From assembly GCA_038206235.1 (NCBI GenBank), contig JBBRBB010000008.1:36304-100303 (forward strand): 64,000 nucleotides of DNA, read 5' to 3'. Below are positions 18,830-28,488 of this stretch, in pieces. The notes below the pieces were generated by a model, which saw only the letters and a program-made list of their open reading frames with translations, did not search any database and was not told where the DNA came from. Positions within the stretch are counted from its first letter, which is position 1. Every line of letters starts with the position of its first letter. The translations under genes were made by a program, and so were the position numbers. The DNA is from Chitinophagales bacterium (GTDB lineage Bacteria; Bacteroidota; Bacteroidia; Chitinophagales; Chitinophagaceae).

Positions 18830-20710
18830 ATGAAAAAGATATTTATTAAATCATTTATTTTTCTTTATCTGCAGGTATGTTTTATTTACAACACTTCTGC
18901 CCAGCCGGGTAACTTAGATAAATCTTTTGGTACAGATGGAAAAACAGTTACAGAGAATACTTTTAAACTTTTCTCACTCGCTATACAAAGAAATGGTAAC
19001 ATTATCGCCGGTGGGCAAGGTACTTCTATAATTGGAACACCAAATACAAGTTTATTTGCTGTGCGTTATACGCCAGATGGTATCCTTGATAATTCGTTTG
19101 GGGAGAATGGAATATTAAAATATGCCCCGGAAGATTATATTCTTACCGAAGGGCAGTATGCAATTGTTCAGCCTGATGATAAAATAATAGTAGCCGGAAA
19201 TGGCTATAAAGATTATTATTATTCGAATGCTGTTTTTGATTGGATTGGCAACTACAACCTTATTCTGCGCAGGTATATGCCTGATGGAACGCCTGATTCA
19301 AGTTTTGGAGAAAATAGCGTAGTTATTACAGATTTTGGTGAAAGAGACTTTGTTAAAGAAGTGGCTTTGCAAACCGATGGTAAAATTATTGTAGCTGGCG
19401 GACGCAGCTTTGATTATGGCGGTACTGACAGCTTTCTTATATGCCGCTATTTGCCAAACGGTATGCTTGATGAAAGTTTTGGTGATAAGGGAAAAGTATT
19501 TGATGATTTTGGAGAATGTTCTTCCTTGGTCATACAAAGAGATGGAAAAATATTAGTTGGTGGCACAACATCAGGAAGAAGTTTTATTTTTTTCAGGTAT
19601 AACAGTGACGGCACAAGAGATATAACCTTTGACCATGATGGAAAATTATTTACCGATTTAACTAAATATGGAGAATATTTACGGGATATAGCTGTGCAGG
19701 ACGATGGTAAAATACTGGCGGCAGGGTTAAGCAATTACAGATTTGAACCCAAGGAATATTTCGGCGATATGGTTGTGCTGAGATATAATGACGATGGAAG
19801 TTTTGACAGCACTTTTGGTATTAATGGAAGAAAAGACATAAAATTTGATACAAGTTCAGATGCACGTTCAGTATCTATACAAAAGAACGGAAAAATAGTA
19901 TTGGCAGGTCTTGTAACTAATGATTATATAAGTTATTCAGATTTTGCTTTAGCAAGATTAAATACGGATGGCTCGCTTGACACCACCTTTGGAGTTGAAG
20001 GAAAACAAAAATTGGATATTGATGTAAGTGATGGATTTAATGCCTCATTAATTCTTAATGATGGAAAAATTCTTGCTGGAGGATATACTTACTCGGCCGT
20101 TCCATATCCGGGAGCCTTTGTTCTCACCCGCTACTTCGGCGACCCCATTCAACAATCCCTCATCACCAAAATCAAACGGTGGATTCGCAATCACATCCTC
20201 AACTTCCAGGATGCAAATGCAAACAACACCGCTTACTATGTAATTGAAAAAAGCAATAACAGCAGCAACGGCTTCAAAGAAGTGGCGACGATTAATCCGT
20301 CAACTGTCAACCGGCAACCAACCACCGAATACAGCTACGCTCTTCCTTCAACATCAACAGAGAGTCTTTACAGAATAAAAGCAGTTAGCAACGATGGCGG
20401 CGTTGCATATTCCGATGTTATTGCAGATGAATCAACTTTTCAACCAATCAACTCTTCAACTCTTCAACTATCCCCCAATCCCGTAAAAGATGTCTTGCAT
20501 GTGCAGGGGTTAAGTGCATCTCCGCAAGGAGTCCTTTGGACAAACAAAACAACGCTCATCATTTCAAACATTCAGGGAAATGTAATTAAAAGAGTAAGCA
20601 TGCAGGCAGATAGCTATGATTTTGATGTTAGCACATTAAAACCGGGAACATATTATCTCAAAGCAGACACAGACAAAACCAGCAACACTTACCGGTTCAT
20701 AAAAGAATAA
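18830..20710 (+). CDS. Delta-60-repeat (beta-propeller-like) protein with T9SS CTD
   Basis: About 9 repeats of the motif LD.SFG.NG/DG(K)..., a signal peptide, and the C-terminus SPNPV...GTYYLKA...YRFIKE. The start is taken at ATG 18830. Confidence 0.75.
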   Translation: MKKIFIKSFIFLYLQVCFIYNTSAQPGNLDKSFGTDGKTVTENTFKLFSLAIQRNGNIIAGGQGTSIIGTPNTSLFAVRYTPDGILDNSFGENGILKYAPEDYILTEGQYAIVQPDDKIIVAGNGYKDYYYSNAVFDWIGNYNLILRRYMPDGTPDSSFGENSVVITDFGERDFVKEVALQTDGKIIVAGGRSFDYGGTDSFLICRYLPNGMLDESFGDKGKVFDDFGECSSLVIQRDGKILVGGTTSGRSFIFFRYNSDGTRDITFDHDGKLFTDLTKYGEYLRDIAVQDDGKILAAGLSNYRFEPKEYFGDMVVLRYNDDGSFDSTFGINGRKDIKFDTSSDARSVSIQKNGKIVLAGLVTNDYISYSDFALARLNTDGSLDTTFGVEGKQKLDIDVSDGFNASLILNDGKILAGGYTYSAVPYPGAFVLTRYFGDPIQQSLITKIKRWIRNHILNFQDANANNTAYYVIEKSNNSSNGFKEVATINPSTVNRQPTTEYSYALPSTSTESLYRIKAVSNDGGVAYSDVIADESTFQPINSSTLQLSPNPVKDVLHVQGLSASPQGVLWTNKTTLIISNIQGNVIKRVSMQADSYDFDVSTLKPGTYYLKADTDKTSNTYRFIKE

Positions 20711-20732
20711 CCTTCCGGTTTTTCTTGGTCAT

Positions 20733-20766
20733 AACCTGCCTGTTTAAAAAGCGGCAGGTTTTTTTA
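20733..20766 (+). terminator. Rho-independent terminator
   Basis: aacctgcc-tgtttaaaaagc-ggcaggtt followed by T5. Confidence 0.75.
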
Positions 20767-20820
20767 ATTTTTCCCCAATCGTGCAAAGGTTAGCCTGTAC
20801 ACTTGTCTATATTTGCCCCC

Positions 20821-22758
20821 ATGATTTCTCCGCAAACCATACAACAAATTACCAGCCGTGTTGATATAATTGATGTGGTTAGTGAATTTGTAAAACTAAA
20901 AAAACGCGGGGCGAATTATCTTGGGCTTTGTCCGTTTCATAACGAGAAAACGCCTTCTTTCACTGTTTCCCCTGCAAAGGAAATTTATAAATGTTTTGGC
21001 TGCGGCAAAAGCGGTAACACCATTACTTTTTTAATGGAGCATGAGAAGTATAGCTATGCAGAAGCATTGCGCTGGCTTGCTAACCGCTACAACATAGAAA
21101 TTGAAGAAACAGTTCAAACAGATGAATCACGTCACCAACAGCAAGCTGCAGAAAGTTTGTATGCAATTAATGCCTTTGCTCAAAAATATTTTACACAGCA
21201 ATTATTTTTAGATGAAGAGGGCGATAGTGTAGCGTTAAGTTATCTTGAACAACGAGGCTTTAATGAAGACATCATTCGTAAATTTCAATTAGGTTATAAT
21301 CCCGCACATGCGGGAAACAGTTTCACAACTATCGCTATACAAAATCAATTTAATCCTGAGTTGCTTGTAAAATCAGGTCTTGTTGTAAAACGAAACGAAG
21401 AGCTCATAGATAATTATCGCGGCAGAATTATTTTTCCTGTTCACAATAACACCGGGAAAATTATTGGCTTTGGTGCAAGAATTATTGGCAATCCCGCACG
21501 TGCGGGAGATAAGGCACCTAAGTACATCAACACACCAGAGAATGAAATTTATTTCAAGGGCAAAATATTATATGGAAGCTATTTTGCACGCACTGCGATT
21601 GATAAAAACAATGAATGTTTGTTGGTTGAAGGATATACTGACGCACTCAGTCTGCACCAGTCAGGAATTGAAAATGTGGTTGCCAGCGGAGGAACCTCTT
21701 TAACAGCAGACCAGTTGCGTCTTGTAAAAAAATATACAAACAATCTCACTATTATTTATGACGGAGATGAAGCCGGAGTGAAAGCCGCTCTTCGCGGACT
21801 TGATATGGCGCTTGAAGAAAGCCTGAATGTGAAGCTTGTTTTAATTCCTGATAATGAAGACCCGGATAGCTATGTAAATAAAATAGGAGCGAATGAATTC
21901 AGGCAATTCATCAAAGAAAATAAAAAAGACTTTATTCTTTTTCAGTTAGAAGTAATGTTGAAAGATGCCGGCAATGATGTAAACAAAAAGAATGAGGTTG
22001 TAAATCAAATAGCAGAAACGCTTAGCAAGATTAACAAAGCAGAAGATTTTATCAAGCAGCAGGAATACACAAAACAATGCGCCTCTATATTAAAGATTGA
22101 TGAAGCAGGACTTACGAATCTTGTAAATAAATACAAAAGAGAAAAAATCTCAAAAGACGAAAAGCGGCTTCCTGCCGAACAGGAATCTCACTCGAATCCA
22201 CAAACTAAAACTAATTTAGATGATACAGACTGGTTGACACAAACAGATATTCTGCAGGAAGAAAATTTGTTGCGTGTGTTGCTTGAATATGGATTGAATA
22301 TATGGGATGATAACAGAACAGCAGCAGAATATATTTTTGAAGAGCTGGAACAATTTCGATTTGATAATACTGAAACAGAACGCTTGTTCGAAATTTATAA
22401 ACAGCAATACGAGCAAAATCTTGAGCCTTCTGCTAAAACTTTATTGTATCATGAAGATGAAAGTATAAGAAACCATGTTGTTAATATAACATTATTCCCT
22501 TTTGAATTAAGCCAGCGGTGGGATGAAGTGCTGGAAAACATGAATATTGTTAACCGCGATACCAGCCACCAGGATGTTATTATGAGCATCAATTATTTTA
22601 AGCTGCGAAAAATAAAAAAGATGTTTTTGCAAAATCAGCAGGATATGGAGCAAAGCAAAGACCTTGCTGAGCAATTACGCCTGATGGAAGTGCATAAACA
22701 TCTTAAGGCAATTGAAGTAGATATTACAAAGCAGTTGGGCACAGTGATTATAAAATAA
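20821..22758 (+). CDS. dnaG: DNA primase
   Basis: Zinc ribbon CPFHNEKTPSF...CFGCG. TOPRIM motifs EGYTD and DGDEAG. Confidence 0.95.
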   Translation: MISPQTIQQITSRVDIIDVVSEFVKLKKRGANYLGLCPFHNEKTPSFTVSPAKEIYKCFGCGKSGNTITFLMEHEKYSYAEALRWLANRYNIEIEETVQTDESRHQQQAAESLYAINAFAQKYFTQQLFLDEEGDSVALSYLEQRGFNEDIIRKFQLGYNPAHAGNSFTTIAIQNQFNPELLVKSGLVVKRNEELIDNYRGRIIFPVHNNTGKIIGFGARIIGNPARAGDKAPKYINTPENEIYFKGKILYGSYFARTAIDKNNECLLVEGYTDALSLHQSGIENVVASGGTSLTADQLRLVKKYTNNLTIIYDGDEAGVKAALRGLDMALEESLNVKLVLIPDNEDPDSYVNKIGANEFRQFIKENKKDFILFQLEVMLKDAGNDVNKKNEVVNQIAETLSKINKAEDFIKQQEYTKQCASILKIDEAGLTNLVNKYKREKISKDEKRLPAEQESHSNPQTKTNLDDTDWLTQTDILQEENLLRVLLEYGLNIWDDNRTAAEYIFEELEQFRFDNTETERLFEIYKQQYEQNLEPSAKTLLYHEDESIRNHVVNITLFPFELSQRWDEVLENMNIVNRDTSHQDVIMSINYFKLRKIKKMFLQNQQDMEQSKDLAEQLRLMEVHKHLKAIEVDITKQLGTVIIK

Positions 22759-22774
22759 GGTGAGCTTTAAATGT

Positions 22775-23770
22775 TTAATTTTTTTTATTTATCAACTGCT
22801 GCAATGCCGCCTGAATTGAAGGGTATAAAAAAGTGAAGCCCGTTTGTCTTATTTTTTCAGCACTTACCGTAGTGCTTTTTAAAACTTCTATGCTCATTTC
22901 ACCCAGCATCCATCTTAAAATAAAGGAAGGAACATGCAGTGAGATAAAATATTTTCCGCGTATAGCTTTTGCAAGTTGCAACGTGAAGTCTTTATTTTTT
23001 ACAGGCATTGGCGCAACTGCATTATACACACCCTGAAGCTGATTGTTTTCCAGTGCATGGATATACATTCTGCAAATGTCATCAATATGAATCCAGCTTA
23101 TCACTTGTTCGCCATTGCCTAAAATAGCAGCCATACCTTTCTTCACAGGCTTTTTAAATTCTTCATAAGCGCCGCCATCATTACTAAAAACAATCCCTGT
23201 TCTTAAAATAACCAATCGCTTTTGCAAATCTGTTACCGGCTCAATGCTTTGCTCCCATTGTTTACATGTATCTCCTAAAAAATCATCTGCAGCAAGTGCA
23301 TCTTCTTTAAAGCCCTCTCCCTTGGAGTCCCGATATTTATCGGGATGGGTGAGGTTGCAACCATACCATCCAATTGCCGAAGCGCTGATTACCGCTTTTA
23401 CTTTATTCGAAATTGTCTTTAAAGATGTAACAATTAAACCACTGCTTTTCGTTCTGCTCTCAACAATTTCCTGCTTTCGTTTCCTATTCCATTTTTTGTC
23501 AGCTATCCCTGCGCCTGCAAGATGAATAATGTAGTCAGCCTTTGCGAAAGAATCTTTATCAAGCCATCCTTCTTCAATATTCCATTGTGCATAAGAAATA
23601 TTTGACTGAAGACTTACAACTGATGACTGAGAACTAACGTCTGATGACTGCCGACTGCCAACTGATGACTGACGACTGACAACCACCACCTCATATCCTT
23701 TCTCCGCAAGCATTTGCGATAATCTTTTTCCTATCATTCCTGTGCCGCCTGTAATAAGTACTCTTGCCAT
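22775..23770 (-). CDS. TIGR01777/YfcH-like SDR (epimerase-family) protein with a 28-aa repeat insertion
   Basis: Rossmann motif ITGGTGMIGK. The DUF1731-like C-terminus is conserved. The insertion SRQSSVGSRQSSDVSSQSSVVSLQSNIS follows the second beta-strand. Confidence 0.85.
   Translation of the reverse strand: MARVLITGGTGMIGKRLSQMLAEKGYEVVVVSRQSSVGSRQSSDVSSQSSVVSLQSNISYAQWNIEEGWLDKDSFAKADYIIHLAGAGIADKKWNRKRKQEIVESRTKSSGLIVTSLKTISNKVKAVISASAIGWYGCNLTHPDKYRDSKGEGFKEDALAADDFLGDTCKQWEQSIEPVTDLQKRLVILRTGIVFSNDGGAYEEFKKPVKKGMAAILGNGEQVISWIHIDDICRMYIHALENNQLQGVYNAVAPMPVKNKDFTLQLAKAIRGKYFISLHVPSFILRWMLGEMSIEVLKSTTVSAEKIRQTGFTFLYPSIQAALQQLINKKN
23602..23685. repeat. Heptamer tandem array (NNGACTG, 12 units = 84 nt) embedded in frame in the SDR CDS
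   Basis: ttgactg aagactt acaactg atgactg agaacta acgtctg atgactg ccgactg ccaactg atgactg acgactg acaacca. This is the same unit family as the array at 7024-7072. Confidence 0.85.
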
Positions 23771-23837
23771 AAATTACAATTTACAGATTAACATCAAAAT
23801 TTAAAACCGGATAAAGAAAAAAAAGTAAATTTGATGT

Positions 23838-24395
23838 ATGCAATCATCAGTTAAAGATAAACATTACACGCCTGAAGAATATTTTCTTCTCGAGCAAACC
23901 GGTGAAATACGTCATGAATTTATTAACGGAAATATTTATGAAATGAGCGGGGCATCACGAAAGCATCATCGAATATGCAAAAAACTGCTTTTTATTTTTG
24001 AAGCTTTATTGGCATCAAAAGGGTATGAAATTTTTATAGAAAATATGAAAGTAAAAATTCCAAACGAAAGCAAATATTATTATCCCGATATCATCGTTAC
24101 CAAAGAACCTCAGACAAATGATAATAACTATGTTCAATTTCAGCCGGAATTGCTTGCAGAAGTTATATCAGAATTTTCCAGAAATAAAGACATGGTAGAT
24201 AAGCTGATTCAATATCAAAAATTTCCATCTCTTAAATATTATCTCATTGCAGAAAGCGAGAAGCAGCAAATTATTGTGGTAAGCCGTAATGCGGAAGGAA
24301 GCTGGCAAAGTGAAACCTTCGATACACCGGATGCCTCAATAGCTTTGCCTGCACTTGAAACCGAACTGAAAATAAATGAGGTATATAACAGTTAA
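23838..24395 (+). CDS. Uma2-family (DUF820) endonuclease
   Basis: EEYFLLEQTGEIRHEFINGNIYEMSGAS...YYYPDIIV...PELLAEVISE is a typical Uma2 layout. Confidence 0.85.
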   Translation: MQSSVKDKHYTPEEYFLLEQTGEIRHEFINGNIYEMSGASRKHHRICKKLLFIFEALLASKGYEIFIENMKVKIPNESKYYYPDIIVTKEPQTNDNNYVQFQPELLAEVISEFSRNKDMVDKLIQYQKFPSLKYYLIAESEKQQIIVVSRNAEGSWQSETFDTPDASIALPALETELKINEVYNS

Positions 24396-24520
24396 TTTAG
24401 CATCATCCCCTTATAAAAAAATAATTCTTTTGTTGAAAAGAAAATTTCCTAAATTTATCTGCATGAAATTCCTGATTCTCCGGATAAAAAATATTTCTTC
24501 ACAATTAAAATTTTAATTCT

Positions 24521-24901
24521 ATGGTTCAAACAGACATCTTGCAGCTTTCAAAGGAATGCAATAACTGGAGAGAAGCATTGCATTCCTGGCGTGATGAATT
24601 CAACCATTTTAAAACAAGCCTTCACAAAGTAAACAACAAGTCTCTCTCTAAAGAACAATGGGCGCACATTGAACATTACCAGAATCTTCTTCACATTCAG
24701 CTCATCAACATTCACGACCTTAAGCAGGCGGTAAAAGCCCACGACCGCAAAGTGAATTTTGAAGTTGACACTAACAACGGCCAAATTGCAGATGATACAC
24801 TGGCGCATCATGAACATTTATTCGATGAGTTTCAATCACTGGAAAATACACTTAATGATTTTCGAAGTGATTGCCAAAAATTTATCAGCAGCTTACAATA
24901 A
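24521..24901 (+). CDS. Hypothetical helical protein
   Basis: 126-aa ORF with a His/Glu-rich helical pattern. No family recognised. Confidence 0.5.
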   Translation: MVQTDILQLSKECNNWREALHSWRDEFNHFKTSLHKVNNKSLSKEQWAHIEHYQNLLHIQLINIHDLKQAVKAHDRKVNFEVDTNNGQIADDTLAHHEHLFDEFQSLENTLNDFRSDCQKFISSLQ

Positions 24902-25027
24902 AACAACAATCGTAAAGCATCATCATTGAAATATTTGTGTTGATGTTTTTTGATTTTAACGATGATTGCTTATTTTTTAAATCATTTTATTTTTAAATCC
25001 CTGTGTTTTTAAAACCAATTGTTTGTC

Positions 25028-27163
25028 ATGGCAGAATTTGATACCTCACATGTAAAAACTATTGTTTTATTGGGGCACGCCGGCTCCGGTAAAACATCTT
25101 TGTCGGAATGTATGCTTTATGAAGCAGGCGTAATCAACCGCCGCGGAACCATCGCCGAAAAAAATACCGTTTCCGATTATCATGAGCTTGAACAGGAACG
25201 CGGTAATTCCATCTTTAGTAAGCTGCTGCATGTAAAATGGCGCGGCTTTAAAATAAATATTATTGATACGCCGGGCTACGATGATTTTACCGGCGAAGTT
25301 ATTTCTGCGCTGCGTGTAGCAGATACCGGTGTGATGCTTTTGAATGCAACGGCAGGCGTTGAAGTTTCTACTGATATTATTTGGGAATACACGGAGAAGT
25401 TTAAAACGCCAATGATATTTGCTGCAAATAAATTAGATGATGACCAGGCCGATTTTGATAAAACCGTGCAGGAGGCAAAAAAACATTTTGGTAATAAAGT
25501 ATTAGTAGTGCAATATCCAAGACAGCAGGGAGCAGGCTTTCATGAAATCATTGATGTGCTTCGCATGACGATGTATAAATTCAGCGGCTCAGGAGGCAAG
25601 CCCGAAAAATTACCTGTGCCGGATGATGAAAAATCAAAAGCAGATGAATTGCATAAAGAATTGATAGAAGCGATTGCAAGCAATGATGAAAGCTTAATGG
25701 AAAAATATTTCGATAAAGGCGAGCTTGATGAAGACGACATGAAAATGGGTTTAAAGAAGGCAATGATAAATCATGATTTATTTCCCCTGTTCTGCTTATC
25801 GGCAGAGCGCAATATGGGCAGCGGCCGCTTAATGGGATTTATAGATAATGTGTGCCCCAGCGCCAATGAAATGCCGCCGCAAATAACAAAAAACGGCGAC
25901 AAGGTTGAATCTAATGCAAACGGTTCTCCATGCATCTTTGTCTTTAAAACAGTTAGTGAGCCGCATGTGGGTGACCTCTCTTTTTTCAGGGTGTTCTCCG
26001 GAACAATAAAAAGCGGAATGGAGCTTGAAAATGAATCTACCGGTGCATCTGAAAAAATCAACCAGTTGTTTTTGGTTGAAGGCAATAAGCGGGTAAATAT
26101 AAATGAACTTGTTGCAGGTGATATTGGAGCTACCCTTAAATTAAAAAATACGCATGTAAATAATACACTGCATACCAAAGGCAAACACTATGCGCTTCCG
26201 CCGATTGAATTTCCTTCTCCTAATATGACGATGGCAATTGAAGCTACAAAAAAAGGAGAAGAAGAAAAATTATCACAGGCGCTGCATCAGTTACGCGAAG
26301 AAGATCCCACACTTATTATTGAGCCTTCTCCCGAATTAAAACAAATACTCATCCATTGCCAGGGCGATATGCATCTTGCTGTTGCCAAATGGAAAATTGA
26401 GCACGGGCAAAAAATTGAAGTGAGATTTACAAAGCCAAGAATCCCTTACCGCGAAACCATTCGCAAAATGGCCGATGCAAATTACCGTCATAAAAAACAA
26501 AGCGGCGGCGCCGGTCAGTTTGGTGAAGTGTATATGCGTATAGAACCCTGGCATGAAGGAATCCCGGAACCCCATGGACTTACAGTGCGCGGCAGAGACA
26601 CACACAATTTAGATTGGGGCGGAAGACTGGTATTTTATAATTGCATAGTTGGCGGCGCCATTGATACGCGTTTTCTTCCCTCGATTTTAAAAGGTGTAAT
26701 GGAGAAGATGCAAACAGGCCCGCTCACCGGCTCTTATGTGCGTGATGTGCGTGTATGTGTATATGATGGAAAAATGCATCCAGTTGACAGCAATGATATC
26801 TCCTTTAAGATTGCCGGTTTGCAGGCATTCAGGCAGGCATTTAAAAATGCTGACCCGCAAATACTTGAACCAATTTATACGGTTGAAGTATTGTGCCCTG
26901 ATGATCTTACAGGCGCTGTGATGGGAGATTTGCAAAGCCGCAGAGCTGTTGTTGAAGGGATTGATGCAGAAGGTCATTTTCAAAAAGTAATTGCAAAAAT
27001 CCCATTGGCTGAGATGGATGGCTATTCTTCATCATTGCGTTCTATAAGCCAGGGCAGGGCTAAATTTAAAAGTCGTTTTCATGAGTATGCTGCTCTGCCT
27101 TATGAGCTGCAGAAAAAGCTTATTGAAGATTATAGTAAAACAGCGAAAGAAGAAGTGGCCTAA
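25028..27163 (+). CDS. Elongation factor G-family GTPase (EF-G paralog, outside the str operon)
   Basis: G1 motif GHAGSGKTS, DTPGYDDF, NKLD, and domain IV/V conservation. The start is taken at ATG 25028. Confidence 0.9.
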   Translation: MAEFDTSHVKTIVLLGHAGSGKTSLSECMLYEAGVINRRGTIAEKNTVSDYHELEQERGNSIFSKLLHVKWRGFKINIIDTPGYDDFTGEVISALRVADTGVMLLNATAGVEVSTDIIWEYTEKFKTPMIFAANKLDDDQADFDKTVQEAKKHFGNKVLVVQYPRQQGAGFHEIIDVLRMTMYKFSGSGGKPEKLPVPDDEKSKADELHKELIEAIASNDESLMEKYFDKGELDEDDMKMGLKKAMINHDLFPLFCLSAERNMGSGRLMGFIDNVCPSANEMPPQITKNGDKVESNANGSPCIFVFKTVSEPHVGDLSFFRVFSGTIKSGMELENESTGASEKINQLFLVEGNKRVNINELVAGDIGATLKLKNTHVNNTLHTKGKHYALPPIEFPSPNMTMAIEATKKGEEEKLSQALHQLREEDPTLIIEPSPELKQILIHCQGDMHLAVAKWKIEHGQKIEVRFTKPRIPYRETIRKMADANYRHKKQSGGAGQFGEVYMRIEPWHEGIPEPHGLTVRGRDTHNLDWGGRLVFYNCIVGGAIDTRFLPSILKGVMEKMQTGPLTGSYVRDVRVCVYDGKMHPVDSNDISFKIAGLQAFRQAFKNADPQILEPIYTVEVLCPDDLTGAVMGDLQSRRAVVEGIDAEGHFQKVIAKIPLAEMDGYSSSLRSISQGRAKFKSRFHEYAALPYELQKKLIEDYSKTAKEEVA

Positions 27164-27192
27164 TAATAATTAAAATCAAAAACTTTTATCCC

Positions 27193-28323
27193 TTGATACT
27201 AAATAACCGCATAGCAAAATGGAAAATAATAGTTATACTTTCCATTTTCCTGATGAGTGCTTGTATGCCAAATGCTCACAGAAAAAATTCAAAAAGAAAT
27301 AATAATAATGATAATTCCGATACGGTTTATAATTCAAACACTACTGCACGCTCCTCATTAGATCCGGGAAAAATTGCAATCGGTGCATTAGTTAGCTCAG
27401 GCGCGGGAAATATAAAAGACGCTGCTACCAGACTAAAAGCGTATCAATTATTAAACGTTACCTATGTTCGCCATGGTATATTTATGAACGCATGGAATGG
27501 TTCTAATGCGTTTTATAATACTTTACAGAAAGCAGGTTATAAGATTATTCTTAATGTTGCGTATCTGCCCCAGGGCGGCGGTCCGCAATCGTTCCCAACA
27601 AATCTTGAAGAGTACAAGCGCAGACTGAACGAAATTCTTAGCACTTATAAACCTGAAGTAGTAGTTGTTGAAAATGAAGAATATAATACCACATATCACA
27701 CAGGTACTGCACAGCAATATATAAATGAATTAAAAGCAGCCATTGAAGTTGCACACTCAAAAGGACTTAAAGTAACCAATGGTGGATTAACAGCAAGAGT
27801 AATGACAATGATGGTTTGGAAAGATTATAAAGACCGCGCCTTAAATACAGAGGCTGATGATTTTGCCCGGCGCACTATGTCTCCTGATTTATTAGCCGAT
27901 ATTCCAAAACTTACCAAACATAAATCAGTAGCCATCGGCATGCAAGTGTTTGATGAGTTATTAAACGCCTACAAAACATTGGATATTGATTATGTAAATT
28001 TTCATTGGTACGAGCCAATCGGCCAAAGAAAAAATGCCAATGCGCTTACTGTTACACATATAGATACAAAGGCGCTTGGCGAAGCAGTTGATTATATTCG
28101 CAGAAGAACAGGCAAGTCTGTAATTACAAATGAAATAGGACAGTTCAATCAATCCCCTGATATGGTAAAAGATATTTTAGAAAAGTGCGTAGAATTAAAA
28201 CTACCTTACATTATTTGGTATAGCGGTGATGGTGGTGAAGGAAAAGCGGTTGCTCTTACGAATCTTGATGGAAGCCTGAGAGAGAATGGAAGAGTGTTTG
28301 CCGATTTTGTAAAACAGCATTAA
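27193..28323 (+). CDS. Lipoprotein, clan-GH-A-like catalytic domain only (paralog 4)
   Basis: Lipobox LMSAC, which requires the TTG start at 27193. Motifs VVVENEE, YINELK, KVTNGG, YVNFHWYEP, ITNEIG and IWYSGDGG. Confidence 0.7.
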   Translation: MILNNRIAKWKIIVILSIFLMSACMPNAHRKNSKRNNNNDNSDTVYNSNTTARSSLDPGKIAIGALVSSGAGNIKDAATRLKAYQLLNVTYVRHGIFMNAWNGSNAFYNTLQKAGYKIILNVAYLPQGGGPQSFPTNLEEYKRRLNEILSTYKPEVVVVENEEYNTTYHTGTAQQYINELKAAIEVAHSKGLKVTNGGLTARVMTMMVWKDYKDRALNTEADDFARRTMSPDLLADIPKLTKHKSVAIGMQVFDELLNAYKTLDIDYVNFHWYEPIGQRKNANALTVTHIDTKALGEAVDYIRRRTGKSVITNEIGQFNQSPDMVKDILEKCVELKLPYIIWYSGDGGEGKAVALTNLDGSLRENGRVFADFVKQH

Positions 28324-28488
28324 TAAAATAAATTTCTCCGAACATCTTAATACACTAATTTCGCTGAAGACTTTACTAATAAGTTTCCCCAAAAAAAATG
28401 AACGCTAATATATTTTTATATATTTTAGCTGCTTATTTATCAAAAATTTTATCTCATTGCAATTACCAAACTAAAAATCAAAAACTTT

